Notes under the pieces: model-generated
What the model was told of the DNA's origin: nothing
The model's input: the letters and a program-made list of their open reading frames with translations, nothing else
The model's database searches: none
Position numbers and translations under genes: made by a program
From: Azolla caroliniana
Lineage: Eukaryota > Plantae > Polypodiophyta
Assembly: GCA_043228905.1 (NCBI GenBank)
Contig: JBHGNT010000001.1
Span: 36,828,001 to 36,892,000 of the forward strand
Direction: 5' to 3'
Length of the DNA: 64,000 nt
Shown here: in pieces, positions 1-11,040 of the stretch
Layout: each line of letters opens with the position of its first letter
How positions within the stretch are numbered: position 1 is the first letter of the stretch

Positions 1-919
1 TTCACAATTGTTAAGTCTTGACTACCAACGCAACATAGGCATCGAGCATAAGAACATGACAAACTAGAGGAACAAGTCCTGGAGACATAATAGAAAACTC
101 AATCAATCACCCAAGCAAGTGGAATAAAAAGGGGAAGTGAACAAGGGTTCATAAAAGTTAGTTATTGCATTTACAAAGAATTAATGCAAGATTATTGATA
201 ATTGGTGGACTAGTCAATGGTTTGCTTGTTATCATAGTAAATTGACTTGAGGTAGAGAATCTCCTTGTTATCTTGCAGTTCTGATAAGATAACAATTTGG
301 AGACCCTACACAAGGAAATCAATGGGGGGGTGGGGAGAGAGACAGAGAGATAGAGAGACAGAGAGACAGAGAGAGAGGATGGCATGTTGGAACACGATTT
401 GAACTTCTACATTTAACGTAATGTAGAAAATTAAGGGCACAATCCATGTGCAATCTATTGCATATTTGCATGAATAATGCATCCATCTCTCATATTTCCC
501 AAAAAATGGACATCGTGGCTGAATAAATGGACATCATAATGATGAATCGCAATCATAAAGACAAATTAAACTAAACTCTTCTTCATTGGGCATGTGCAAA
601 ACATCTTTTAATGTCACAACACCAACATTAAAAAAAAATATCCTTGACTTATTAGGACACATTGTTGGCACACATAAGAACCACCCACAAAAGCACATTG
701 TTGCACATCACACAATATCTAAACCTAGAATGTGTGTGTCCTAGGTAAAAAAATGCCAGATGGAGAGATGATGATCTTATGTGATGGATTTTTAGTCTAG
801 ACATTCTAAAGAAGGGAGGTATTTATGTTATACCAATTTTTTATTTTTAGGGTTAAAGGGGGAAAAGGATCAACCAAATGAAAACAACAAACTAGCTACA
901 ACGATATGCAAATGAGTGA

Positions 920-1716
920 GATTATTTGGTTATGTCCCAGGATCAATCAATATTGGAGTAAGTTGTTTTTATTGCTCAGACAACACTATTCTCGTTCAAT
1001 TTTCCATTGGAATGCAATATTATTTGGTTATGTCCCTGGATCAAGTAATTTTGGAGTAAGTTGTTTTTATTTCTGAGACAACACTATTCTCGTTCAATTT
1101 TCTCTTGGGGTGCAGTATTATGGGGTGTCCTTCATGGACAGATTATGAGGTATAAAATTACGCATGCTTCTCATGTTTTTATACGAGTGCAAAAATTGTA
1201 ATGACAGAAATCACAGAAGACAAAATTAAAATAGAGAGAGACACAAGGTTTAACGTGGGAAAACCCTGGAAAGGGAAAAACCACGGAAGTCCACTAACTC
1301 CGAACTATATCACTATGGTAAGAGGAATATACACTGGAGACTCTAAGGCAACAACCTTGAACTCCTCCTCATCTAACAGACGGTTTTACATGATCAATAT
1401 GAAATCTATAGGGTTCAGATGATGTTTTGTGGCAACGGCAAATGGCCTTTAAGAACCGATGGCAGGGACTTCACTTATTTTTGGATACGACTACTAGTCT
1501 AAAGTGGAATTATGCCATTAACTTCTTTTATGTTGCATAGTTGATAGTATTGTTCTACTTGTTTCATATATGACATCATCTGTTTGATTAGATGCGTATA
1601 CTAACTCTTGTATCGTACAATGAGAAGTGAGATGAAATGTCTCCTTCTATTTTTTCTACGTACAGTTTTCAAGTAATATTCTAAGATGCAACTTTCTTTA
1701 CAAATAAAAATAAAAA
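920..1716 (+). mobile_element. Degenerate 3' fragment of the L1-type LINE family seen at 41.7-46.6 kb
   Basis: 1101-1180 aligns by eye to 46020-46100 (gcagtattatggggtgtccttcatgga...gcatgcttctcatgttttt). 1380-1716 aligns to 46300-46632, including the 3'UTR motif gtgagatgaaatgtctcc and a decayed A-tail. Contains an internal ~98-bp tandem duplication at 921-1120. Confidence 0.85.
1197..1378. mobile_element. Short solo-LTR-like insert (Copia-type) within the LINE relic
   Basis: TG...CA termini (TGTAA...TAACA). Internal acacaaggtttaacgtgggaaaaccc...gggaaaaaccacgg resembles plant Copia LTR sequence. No matching TSD. Confidence 0.55.
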
Positions 1717-2879
1717 TTGAGCGAGGTTATGGAATTGGCATTATTAAACAATAATAATTATATGAGTGAGTATAGTCCCTCATGTATAAACGCTCAAATG
1801 GGTGTCCACACAACCAAAACCCTCCCGTGCAAGATGGGATGCTCATACCAAAACTACCTCAAACGAGTAAAGGAATGAATCCAACATACTTTTCCAAATT
1901 CAACTCCTTCCATTCCTAGTTCAATCTTATAGAAAGTTCGATTGTCCAACTTAGGATTGGGGATTCACCATATCACTTCTATGAGAAAGATGATGAAAAT
2001 GAGTATTAATTGAAATATATCTCACACCCATTCAAATGCACATCTTATTTTGAGCATGGAACTCAAACAACTGCATTGAAAGAATGACCACCACCAACAC
2101 AACAATGGTGATGGAAATGTGTATGACAACAATGATAATGTCAATGGTTCCAGTACAACAAAAACTACAACATGATTATCATCTTATCATTATAGGAGAA
2201 TCACTAATCTCCCAATAATTTTCATAGATTTGATTATCATCTTCAAAGGTCAATTATAGGATACAAGACTAAATTGAATCATTTTACTAATGAACTTGAT
2301 TTGCGCATCTCAATGTTCAAGAATTTTACTAATGAACTTGGCAAATGAGAATGAACATTGTGGTTGGTAAAGAATCATCGCCCTCATGCCATAGTCCTTG
2401 ACACAATACAATCTGCATGACACATGTTACAATTCAATTCTTTGTGTGTTGAATCCATAAATTCCATGAGTTGACAACATTGATGGATGAATATGTGACA
2501 GTTGAGAATACAAAGACCAATAATATATTTCCTAATTGTAGCCATAGTATGTAGGTTAGTTCAGGAAGAAGTACAACTTCATTTTGTGTTCAAATATTTG
2601 GAGTATCCTAATTCCTCTTTATTTCTTTCAAATCAGCTTCATGTTTCCAAAACCTATTAGTTCTCAATAAATGGTACCTTAGAAGCACGATCTTCAATAT
2701 TCTTCCTTCTACATTTCCCTAAAAAAATCGCATCCAAGTGTTTTTACAATGTCATGATCCATCACAAAGCTAGAAAATTTGTTCCCACACAAACTCATCA
2801 TCACCATTGTTTTATGTCACAATCTATCTGTTAACTTTTGTAATTAATTTGACTTTTAATGCCATATGTTGTAAGGTTG

Positions 2880-3700
2880 TAGGACCTACCATAGACTTCG
2901 CAATGTAGATATTTGTTATCATTCACATTCAACAACGTTTCGTGATTCCATTAGGATGTCAAGAACATTGTTATGGAAATCAGTCAAAAGTGGCATAGAA
3001 TCATGCCGAGCACTTTATGGTTGGTTCTCTAATTAAGAGGTTTTACTTGTTAGTCGATGAATGCTAGACTAGGTTTTATGATGCCTCTCATGTAGCAAAA
3101 TTGTGATGCCTTGCATTTAATGACTCCTATACATTGATGTTGTTTTAATTTGTATGATATGCAACACTTACTTGAAGTATTGGGAACATTCTATCAAATC
3201 AACAGGCTAATTGTCATGGACAAAACAAAAATGGTAGCAACAAAGGAAATACAACCAACATACTTTCCTTGTTTTACATACAAGGTAGAACTAATACAAG
3301 TGGCGCAAAGCTTCAAATATCCTGGTATGAATGTGTCATCAACAAATAGGTGGAATGTATGATATGAGTCTAGACTTTGAGTAGGTTTGAATAGTTATAA
3401 TATGATCGCGAATCATTACAACAAAAGGGATACTAGAGGATAGGAGAGGAGATTGATGTTATTCATTGGTAGGGTGGTTCTAGAGCTGGTTCATGTAGTA
3501 GAAGTGTATCGTGGCACTATCTCACTTGTGCATGGAACAAAATTGAGAAAAATAAAAAATCGTTATTATATAGAAAATTGGGAGTAAAATCCCAACATCC
3601 GATCTTGTTATATTATTAGAAAAAGTGATTGACCCATCAAGGTACTAGTCACGCAAAGAAGTATACGAGTATATTACAATAGTCAAGAATATGCCGAACA
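2880..3700 (+). mobile_element. Highly degenerate RTE-like LINE reverse transcriptase relic
   Basis: Remnant motifs: actcctatacattgatgttgtttt (LLYADDVVL-like) near 3123 and LIQVAQSFKYPGM (FKYLG-like) in ORF 3150-3362. Many stops. Confidence 0.55.
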
Positions 3701-3713
3701 CATACAATAGACA

Positions 3714-5520
3714 TTTATTTATTTTTTTTATTTTTTTTTTTCCAAAAAAACACTACTTCGCATTAGTTAGCAAACAAAATTACATCATAGAACACCCAAA
3801 GTTCTTCTCACCAGCCCTCACTCTGGCCTTCCCACCAAAGTGGACATAGTCCCCACCTCATTTTCAACAAACGTATCCAAACAACTCCAATAACCTAATA
3901 ATTTGTACCATATCTATACAGATTTACAGCACCTAGACGCTGTTGGAAACTGGAAACAGCCATCGGGGTGCTTGGTAATTCCATTGAGGCCCTGATGAGG
4001 ATCTGCCCACCATAGGAGAATTACCCCATTTCAGCAAGAACTTTGATCGAGATCTTTCAGCTGCATCAGATTCCCCCTTGATTGAGTCGTATCGTCCCCG
4101 CAGCCAAGATACCAACTCAAACCAGATATTTAATAATACCTCACCGCTAGGGATCTTTTGTTGTTGAAAAACAAATTTACAACGGTTGGTCCAAATGTGC
4201 CAGACCGATAAACAAGACACCATCATCCATATCTCCTCAAAAAATTCTGAGTTAGTGCCATGTCGAACTCCAGCCCGTTGAAACACCTTGCCATCCTGCA
4301 CTATAAAACCATGTCTGTGGGGATTTAACTGTTCAGCCTAGCCTTCCCCTGTTAACTTCAGCCCTTGTACGGACCCCCATACAACTCTCCCATTCACTCC
4401 GCATGCTGCCACTATCCTGAGACTTCTACCCCAAATGTTAATAGCCTCGTTGCAGTTCCAAAAACAAGGAGGAATTGATTCCAAAGGGTGTCCACAACTT
4501 TTGCATCCAGCCTCACCACCACGACACCTAAGCCACTCCCCTACCGACACCGCTTTGTGACTAAGAAGCCACAACCAAAGCTTTATTTTTTCTGGCATAT
4601 CAAACGCCCATAGCCTCCTCCAAAACGACTTCAACCAGTAATCAGAAATGCCTTTATCCTTCCAACTATTGCGAGTTAGGCCAGCACCCATCAATTTAGA
4701 GCCAATGATTTGCCTTCCTAGCTTGGTAGTGTACTCGAAAAACCGTTCAAGTTTGTCTGTACCCGGTTTCTGCCACCACACCTCTAGTGGATCCCAATCC
4801 AGATCACATATGGGCTTGTTGTCAACTATCCAGAGTTTACGATCAGATTCCAGCTTCCCTGGGTCCGGGTTTACTTGCCACTTCTTACCTTCCAACATTG
4901 CCACTCGCACTGCCAACCATTGGCCATTGTCTGCCAAAGCACTTAGGTTGCCCCACAAACGATACTCATTAGATGGGCACCTGCCTCGGATAATTTGCGC
5001 ATCGCCCTCACCTACAAACCACCCAAACCAGACCCCCTCTTCTTCATTCAGCCTAGCTAGACCATCAACAGCCTTATCTATCAAGTGGGTAACCTTTTCC
5101 AGCCTGCCGGTAAATCTAGGACTTCCAACCAGACCCTCCCTTCTTCTCCTTTTGAACTCCTCCCAGTCTCTTACTGAACTAACATTGTACCCTACCATTT
5201 TTCCCCATGGCAAGTATTTTTTCTGACCAAGCATCATACCATCATCACTTCGAATCCTGGGGTTCCAAAACAGAGGTTGACGGAGTTGTTCCTCCATTGT
5301 TTTTGGCTGCATTAAGACCAGCCCCTCTCTTAAACTTGACCAGGCCCTCATTATGGTGTGGGCCACCCTATCCTCCATGCTAGTAGGTTCTTTTAACGTT
5401 AGGCCTGGACTGAACAAACACCACATCTTTGCCTTCCAAGGGCCGCCATTCCTCAGACTCCAGAGTTCAGCTCTGTCTCTAAGAAGCAATTTCCACAATT
5501 CTGGTCCAGGTTGGAGACTT
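3714..5520 (-). mobile_element. 5'-truncated L1-type LINE (C-terminal ORF2 with zf-RVT region, 3'UTR, poly-A)
   Basis: ORFs 4338-5576 and 3933-4301 are in the same frame, separated by one TAG. CKSCGHPLESIPPCFWNC zinc finger; LRQPLFWN, LDWDP and WHIWTNRC motifs shared with ORF 43997-46465. Poly-T at 3714-3741 on + is the poly-A tail. Confidence 0.9.
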
Positions 5521-7367
5521 CGCAAGTGCACACTTTGAACGCAAGGAAGAAGTGTGCACTTAACCGAGTTGCACACTTAGGGGTTTTCTAAAACATTTAA
5601 GGGTTTTTTGGAAATTTTTAGCGTTTTTTGAAATATTTTCCTTTTGTGCTCTAATCATACAATTCTTGATAAGAAAAGTGATCAATTTCCTTTTGTGCTC
5701 TTCAGTTTCTTTCTCGATTCTAGATTACCTTTAGTTTTCGCCTTTTTGCTACATCTGAGGAACACATCCATTATGCAACAAAACTAATGAACTTCCTTGG
5801 ATGCGATGAGTTTTTTTCTTGCGTTTTCTTCCTGGTGGCGGCAGGTTTGAGGAATCGAAGTGCATATGTAGGAGACAGGAAAAGAGAATTGGGGAGCAAT
5901 GGACAAATCCAAGGCTGCAACTTTTGTGATCTTTGAGAATAAACAAGATGCAATTAAAGAGATAGGGAGGGAGAGAGGGTTTCTTCATGTAGGAAAAGAG
6001 CACGCACGCACGTGGCACAGGCACACACAGAAAGAGAAGGACAATCTATGGAAGTTTTGTTGCGCATGGAGAAGGAGAGCTCATGTTCACGGCCAATTGC
6101 TGCAAAAACTTGACTATAATTTCACAATCATCAAGAATTGTTTGCCCTTCTTTGCTTATGTTCTTTAATCAAGGATCAAAATCACAGGCTCGTAATCGCA
6201 AACACACACACACACACACACATAGACATAGACATAGACATGCACACAGAAATTCCTTTTGTTGTTTCTGAAAGTTTGGAACATAGTTTCAATTTGGTTT
6301 AATGTAATTTCGTCATGAAACAATGTAAAAAAATTTATCCAGATTTTGAACTCTATAAAAAAAGCGCACTTAATAGAATTGCAAATGTTAATCCCCCAAT
6401 ACAAGGTAAAAATGGCCTCATCTTACTACCCCTATGAACGTTGACATTTCTTTGAACTCACCCACACAAGGCACATGTTGAGGTAGCATCACGGCCTCAT
6501 CACCGTAGTAGGAAGATATGAATGAAAACCTAATAGAGGATGAATCACTTATTTTTTTAATGCTTAACAAATAAAATAATTTAAATACCCACAAAGAAGT
6601 GTGAGCACATTTGCGTGTGCATTTTTCACACACCATAGACAGAGAGTTTTTACTACAAAGTGGCAATCCCCATTCTTAGGAAGGAGTCACAAACAAGATG
6701 ATATATTTCTTTACTCCAATAGATCACAATTGGCCTCGTGGATAAAAATCTCCTATTTCTGTCGTGTGAGGACTATCTATCTAGTTCTCAAAATCTTCAC
6801 AATTGGTTGGCATTAGTCCCCTCTTTATAGAGCCTAATCCATCTTTAAGTATCCAAAAAAGTACATTTTTGTATAATTGCACACATGATTTACTAAATGG
6901 TAAGAATGTACAATTTCGATATTATTACTATGCATCTTTCAATCTCATAGTGTGTGTTCACTAATTACTTGCTGAATAATTAATCACTTTGCAATAGGTA
7001 TTTAACAACGTCATGCATGATGGTAAACAATTTTGGGATAAGGATTTCATCAACGCAAGCAAGGTAAATAATTACTTGATTAATAATTAACACATGACTT
7101 TGCTTGTTGTTACACATCACCATGCAAGATCACTATCTTGTTTTGAGGGAGGATCGCATAGGGAGCTTAATATAACTTTGAAATATGAATCGTTCACCAA
7201 TTGTCACAATTAATCGTTGTCATTATAGAATAAACGCCAACCAATTCATCATCTTACTATTATCACGATAATCTTGTTTGCCATCGGTACAAATTTAACA
7301 TTTGACCTCCAGGAATTAGCCTACACTTTACGAGGAAGTGACAAGTCCCTTTGATTTTCTTAATATG

Positions 7368-7740
7368 TAGGAATCAACAATGGTTTGGTTAAAGCAAAAC
7401 TAAATTATGAAACCATGCTTAGCGACTAATTGGTTTGGTTCAAGCTTATAAAGTTTTGAGTTTGAAACTTCACAATTCTTTTAAGTTTTCACTTTGATTT
7501 GAGTTTACAAAAATCCTCTCTTGAAAATTTGAGTGACATTGGCCCATCATTTGGTTCAAGGTGAAACTAAATTGCAAAACCGCTACCTAACACTTTGTAG
7601 ATCAATAGTATTGTTTGGTTTGAATGGTTTCGATTTAAATGTTTGGTGGTTCACTTTAGTTTTGTTTTTAGTGTCAATTGCTTTGAATGATTTGGGTTTG
7701 AGACTTTGCAATAGAACCAAACCATTGATAACGATTATTA
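7368..7740. mobile_element. Degenerate MITE-like element (TAGGAATCG-type ends, GGTTTGGTT subrepeats)
   Basis: Left end taggaatcaacaatggtttgg and right end aaaccattgataacgattatta form imperfect inverted repeats. Related to copies at 28793 and 41064-41301. Confidence 0.55.
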
Positions 7741-8688
7741 ATATGATAAATGTATTGAAATTTGAAACAACACACTATATTTACAATGTTATTCATCTTG
7801 GAAGTTTGAGCAAAAAACATTGATAATCTTACACCAAGCATTTGGGCATGGTTTTCCATGGAACCCTTGACTTTCCTTGCACTATTAGCATATGCATTGT
7901 CATTTATAGGGTTTTACTCTATGCACAAAAGTGATATGTATTGCTCTATGCATAATATTTATCCAATGATATGCACTAGCTCATTGGGAGAGACATAGAT
8001 GGGTTCAAGAGATTTGACGCTCTAGATGCACAACATTGAGTTCATCAATGTCATAGATGTGGATAAACATCTCACTAAAGTCATTCATCTATGTCATTAG
8101 TTTGATGACTGGAGACACATTGGCGAAGGATCATTATAAAGTCATACATGTCCTTAGTATTATGGTTAGTGGGCACCATGACCATGTACTAGTTACCAAT
8201 GCCATTCAACTAGGTCATAAATGGAACTAATGCAATTTTATTCAGAAAGATTTGATTAATCATTGGCTGAAACAAAGTTTTGCCATGGATATGGAGAATA
8301 CATTGTTGAAGTCAAATAGACAAATGTCAGGCAGAAAGTGTTCATGCAAGACCTAGTTGATGAGTACGATGATGATCAATGGTGACCAAAATCATCAATA
8401 AAATTTGCATGAGCATATGCAAGTCAAGTTTAGGGTCAAGTAATTCGAGACTCTAGTGTCACAAATGTGGCTCCAAAAGCGAAGTAAAGCTTGATCAAAG
8501 CACACCAAGAAAACTATTGATGACCCATTTCATGGCCAACACATTAGATGAATGGCCATTAGAGCCATTTCATGAGGGCCGGGCCCATAAGCGCAAATCC
8601 TTTATTGCAAAGTCAACGTGGGTGTTGTATACGTGGCAGACTCAGAATGAACGAATGATGAATACTGTATAGGATTGCCATGAACTTG

Positions 8689-8762
8689 AAACCCTAAACC
8701 CTAAACCCTAAACCATCAACCCTAAATCAACCCTGTGAATTGAGAGAGAGAGAGAGAGAGAG
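8689..8762 (+). repeat. Interstitial telomere-type (AAACCCT)n tract followed by (GA)n
   Basis: aaaccctaaaccctaaaccctaaacc...aaccctaaat read directly, then a (GA) run, just downstream of the BTB gene stop. Confidence 0.9.
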
Positions 8763-8819
8763 CTTCTTATGCATGGTCAAAGAAAAAGAAGACAAAGCAT
8801 TGAAGTTTTCTCCACATAA

Positions 8820-10685
8820 CTAACTGATCAGGAGGAGGTCTGAATACTGTCTCCGCAACTCACAGATTTCCCTAGCTCTGCGTGCATTCTCCTCCAAAAG
8901 CTTCAAGCTCGCCTGCACAACCTGTTGCATGATATGCCTGAGCTTCTCAGTACTAAATTTGGTAGGGCTGATGCAGGAAGCAGGTGTGGATTCTTCAGTA
9001 CATTTTCTTATTCCATCAGAGTTGACAGAAGCTTCCATGACCAGATACTTTTCAAGCTCACTCATTTGTTCTCTCAACACATACTCTATTACCTCTGATC
9101 TCTTCAGTATCTCAGGATTGCTGATAGCTCTATAGTAGAAGGATCTGCTCAGCTTTCCTACATCCACCAAGCTCCATAGCTTCTGCTCAGTCTGTGCTAA
9201 TTTATCCCCCTCAATCTTTTCATCGTTCTGCACAGTTTCAATATGGATCCTCTTCTCCTTCTCCATGAACTTCTCAATAGCAGCATACAGAAGGTCGTGT
9301 GATTTCCTCGACTGTGCAGGAAAGGCCTCGATTAGGAAAATGAAGTCTTTCGCAGAGAAGGTTTCTTCATCTAGTAGGTTCCATAGACACGAATCCACTT
9401 CTTCTGCTACTTCTGATGTAGACGCAGAAGCTTTGATCTCCCCCTCCTTCGGACTGTCAGAGTATATGGGTATGGGGGAGGTCTGAACTCCTCTGAAATA
9501 TCTAACCAGAGAAAGAAGAACCTGTGGGTCTAGTCTGTAGCTTCGCAAGTAATCATCTAGTTCGTTTAAGTTTCTTCCGATTCTTTCTTCCAGAAATGAT
9601 TTAGCTTCAAGAAGCTTATTCTTAAGCAGATCTGAGAAACTAACGGATCCTTCCTCCATCTCCACGAACACTTTCTTCACACAGAACGACGCTTCTTGCA
9701 GAAGAGCGCACCAGTAGTGGGAAGAGAGCTCTAGCGATGAGGGATCTCGCTGCAGATCTGCACTTATGCTCAGATTTTTAACGGTAGTACAACTCTTCTG
9801 CAGCAATCTTGTGAGACAGACAACAATCCAGCTTCTCTCTCTGTTGCTTCTGCATCCATCCATGGATAAGGTGTTGTGTAGCCATTCCTTAACATTCCTC
9901 CCTTGTCTACAATTCAGGCTAAGATTCGCCTCTGCAGAAACGAGTTCCTCTATGATCTTCTCTACTATCTCGTCTCTCAGCGAACAGATCTTTAGAAGAA
10001 CAATACTCAACATCTCATGCGATGGCACTGAGCTCCGTGACCTAGCCTCCGTGGAAACTTTACTTAGTATACTACCTTCATTCGCTAGATCATAGTACTT
10101 AATCGGAGCTGACAGAGATTGAGTGTCTGAGAAAGCTTTCTTGCAAGCAGCAGTGATGGCCCTGATGCATCTGGTCTCTACGTATTCATCCGCAGATGAT
10201 CCCAGACGAGTATACTGTTGTAGAAAAGCTATGGCGTTCTTCCAATGGTTGAAGACGTTCGCGTACAGGAACTTCTTACTGCTCTCCACAAGCTCTGCAA
10301 TACCGAGAAACTCTGCTGCAGCTCGAACCCTAGCCACATTGTCTACTGTGTAGGAAGGTTTGATGAGGTAGCAGTAATCTACAGCGATGGAGAAAGCTTG
10401 TGCGCCAAAACCCATGGCGTTCAGATCGATAACTTGAGTACGTTTATTCTGATTAATGCTATCAGATATTAGTGTGCTGCTATCATTTTCTGAGCAGGCT
10501 TCGGTATAGCTGCCACATAGATGATTAATACTCATGCTCAAAGAAGTGGTCAGAAGAGACCGGAAATATGAGCTTGCACAGACAAGAGGAAGCATATGAA
10601 GATAGAAAGCTTGACCTTCGACGTATACGGTCACGTCGCTGAAATCCCCAGTTTCTCTGATGCGATGCAGCCAAGATTTGGCCAT
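8820..10685 (-). CDS. BTB/POZ + NPH3-like (NRL-related) protein with C-terminal coiled coil, 621 aa, single coding exon
   Basis: N-terminal BTB (SDVTVYVEGQAFYLHMLPLVCASSYF...GAQAFSIAVDYCY...NVARVRAAAEFLG). NPH3-like motifs RKSHDLLYAAIEKFM and KLWSLVDVGKLS. Heptad-rich tail. Confidence 0.85.
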   Translation of the reverse strand: MAKSWLHRIRETGDFSDVTVYVEGQAFYLHMLPLVCASSYFRSLLTTSLSMSINHLCGSYTEACSENDSSTLISDSINQNKRTQVIDLNAMGFGAQAFSIAVDYCYLIKPSYTVDNVARVRAAAEFLGIAELVESSKKFLYANVFNHWKNAIAFLQQYTRLGSSADEYVETRCIRAITAACKKAFSDTQSLSAPIKYYDLANEGSILSKVSTEARSRSSVPSHEMLSIVLLKICSLRDEIVEKIIEELVSAEANLSLNCRQGRNVKEWLHNTLSMDGCRSNRERSWIVVCLTRLLQKSCTTVKNLSISADLQRDPSSLELSSHYWCALLQEASFCVKKVFVEMEEGSVSFSDLLKNKLLEAKSFLEERIGRNLNELDDYLRSYRLDPQVLLSLVRYFRGVQTSPIPIYSDSPKEGEIKASASTSEVAEEVDSCLWNLLDEETFSAKDFIFLIEAFPAQSRKSHDLLYAAIEKFMEKEKRIHIETVQNDEKIEGDKLAQTEQKLWSLVDVGKLSRSFYYRAISNPEILKRSEVIEYVLREQMSELEKYLVMEASVNSDGIRKCTEESTPASCISPTKFSTEKLRHIMQQVVQASLKLLEENARRAREICELRRQYSDLLLIS

Positions 10686-10717
10686 TGACCAGGTTAAACT
10701 CCAGCTTGGGGAATAAG

Positions 10718-11040
10718 CAGATTGTTAACAGGTACGAGTAGCTTCTATAGACCATAGCCAAGGAAAAACATGTATAGCTCCTTACCTCCTCCTCCTCCTC
10801 CTCCTCCTCCTCCTCCTCCTTCTTCTTCTTCTTCTTCTCCCTTAAAAACTTATCTCTGCAAATAAGATCTGAGTTGTCCACAGATTGTTAACAGGTACGA
10901 GTAGCTTCTATAGACCATAGCCAAGAAAAAACATGTAAAGCTCCTTACCTTCTTCTTCTTCTTCTTCTTCTTCTTCTTCTTCTTCTTCTTCGTCTTCTCG
11001 CTTAAAAACTTATCTCTGCAAATAAGATCTAAGTTGTCCA
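10718..11040. repeat. Perfectly abutting tandem duplication (163 + 160 bp) with CCT/CTT microsatellites
   Basis: Copy 1 is 10718-10880 and copy 2 is 10881-11040. Both run cagattgttaac...gttgtcca and are nearly identical outside the triplet repeat. Confidence 0.95.

Noticed and set aside
4648-5226. 192-aa antisense ORF over the LINE, and similar antisense ORFs over the BTB, PPR, MFS and Copia sequences
   Set aside because: These are shadow ORFs of real coding strands with no independent motifs.
8640-8760. Possible telomerase RNA or snoRNA (ATGATGA followed by AAACCCT repeats)
   Set aside because: There are three or more repeats rather than a ~1.5-repeat template, no USE+TATA type-3 promoter, and no box D with a terminal stem.
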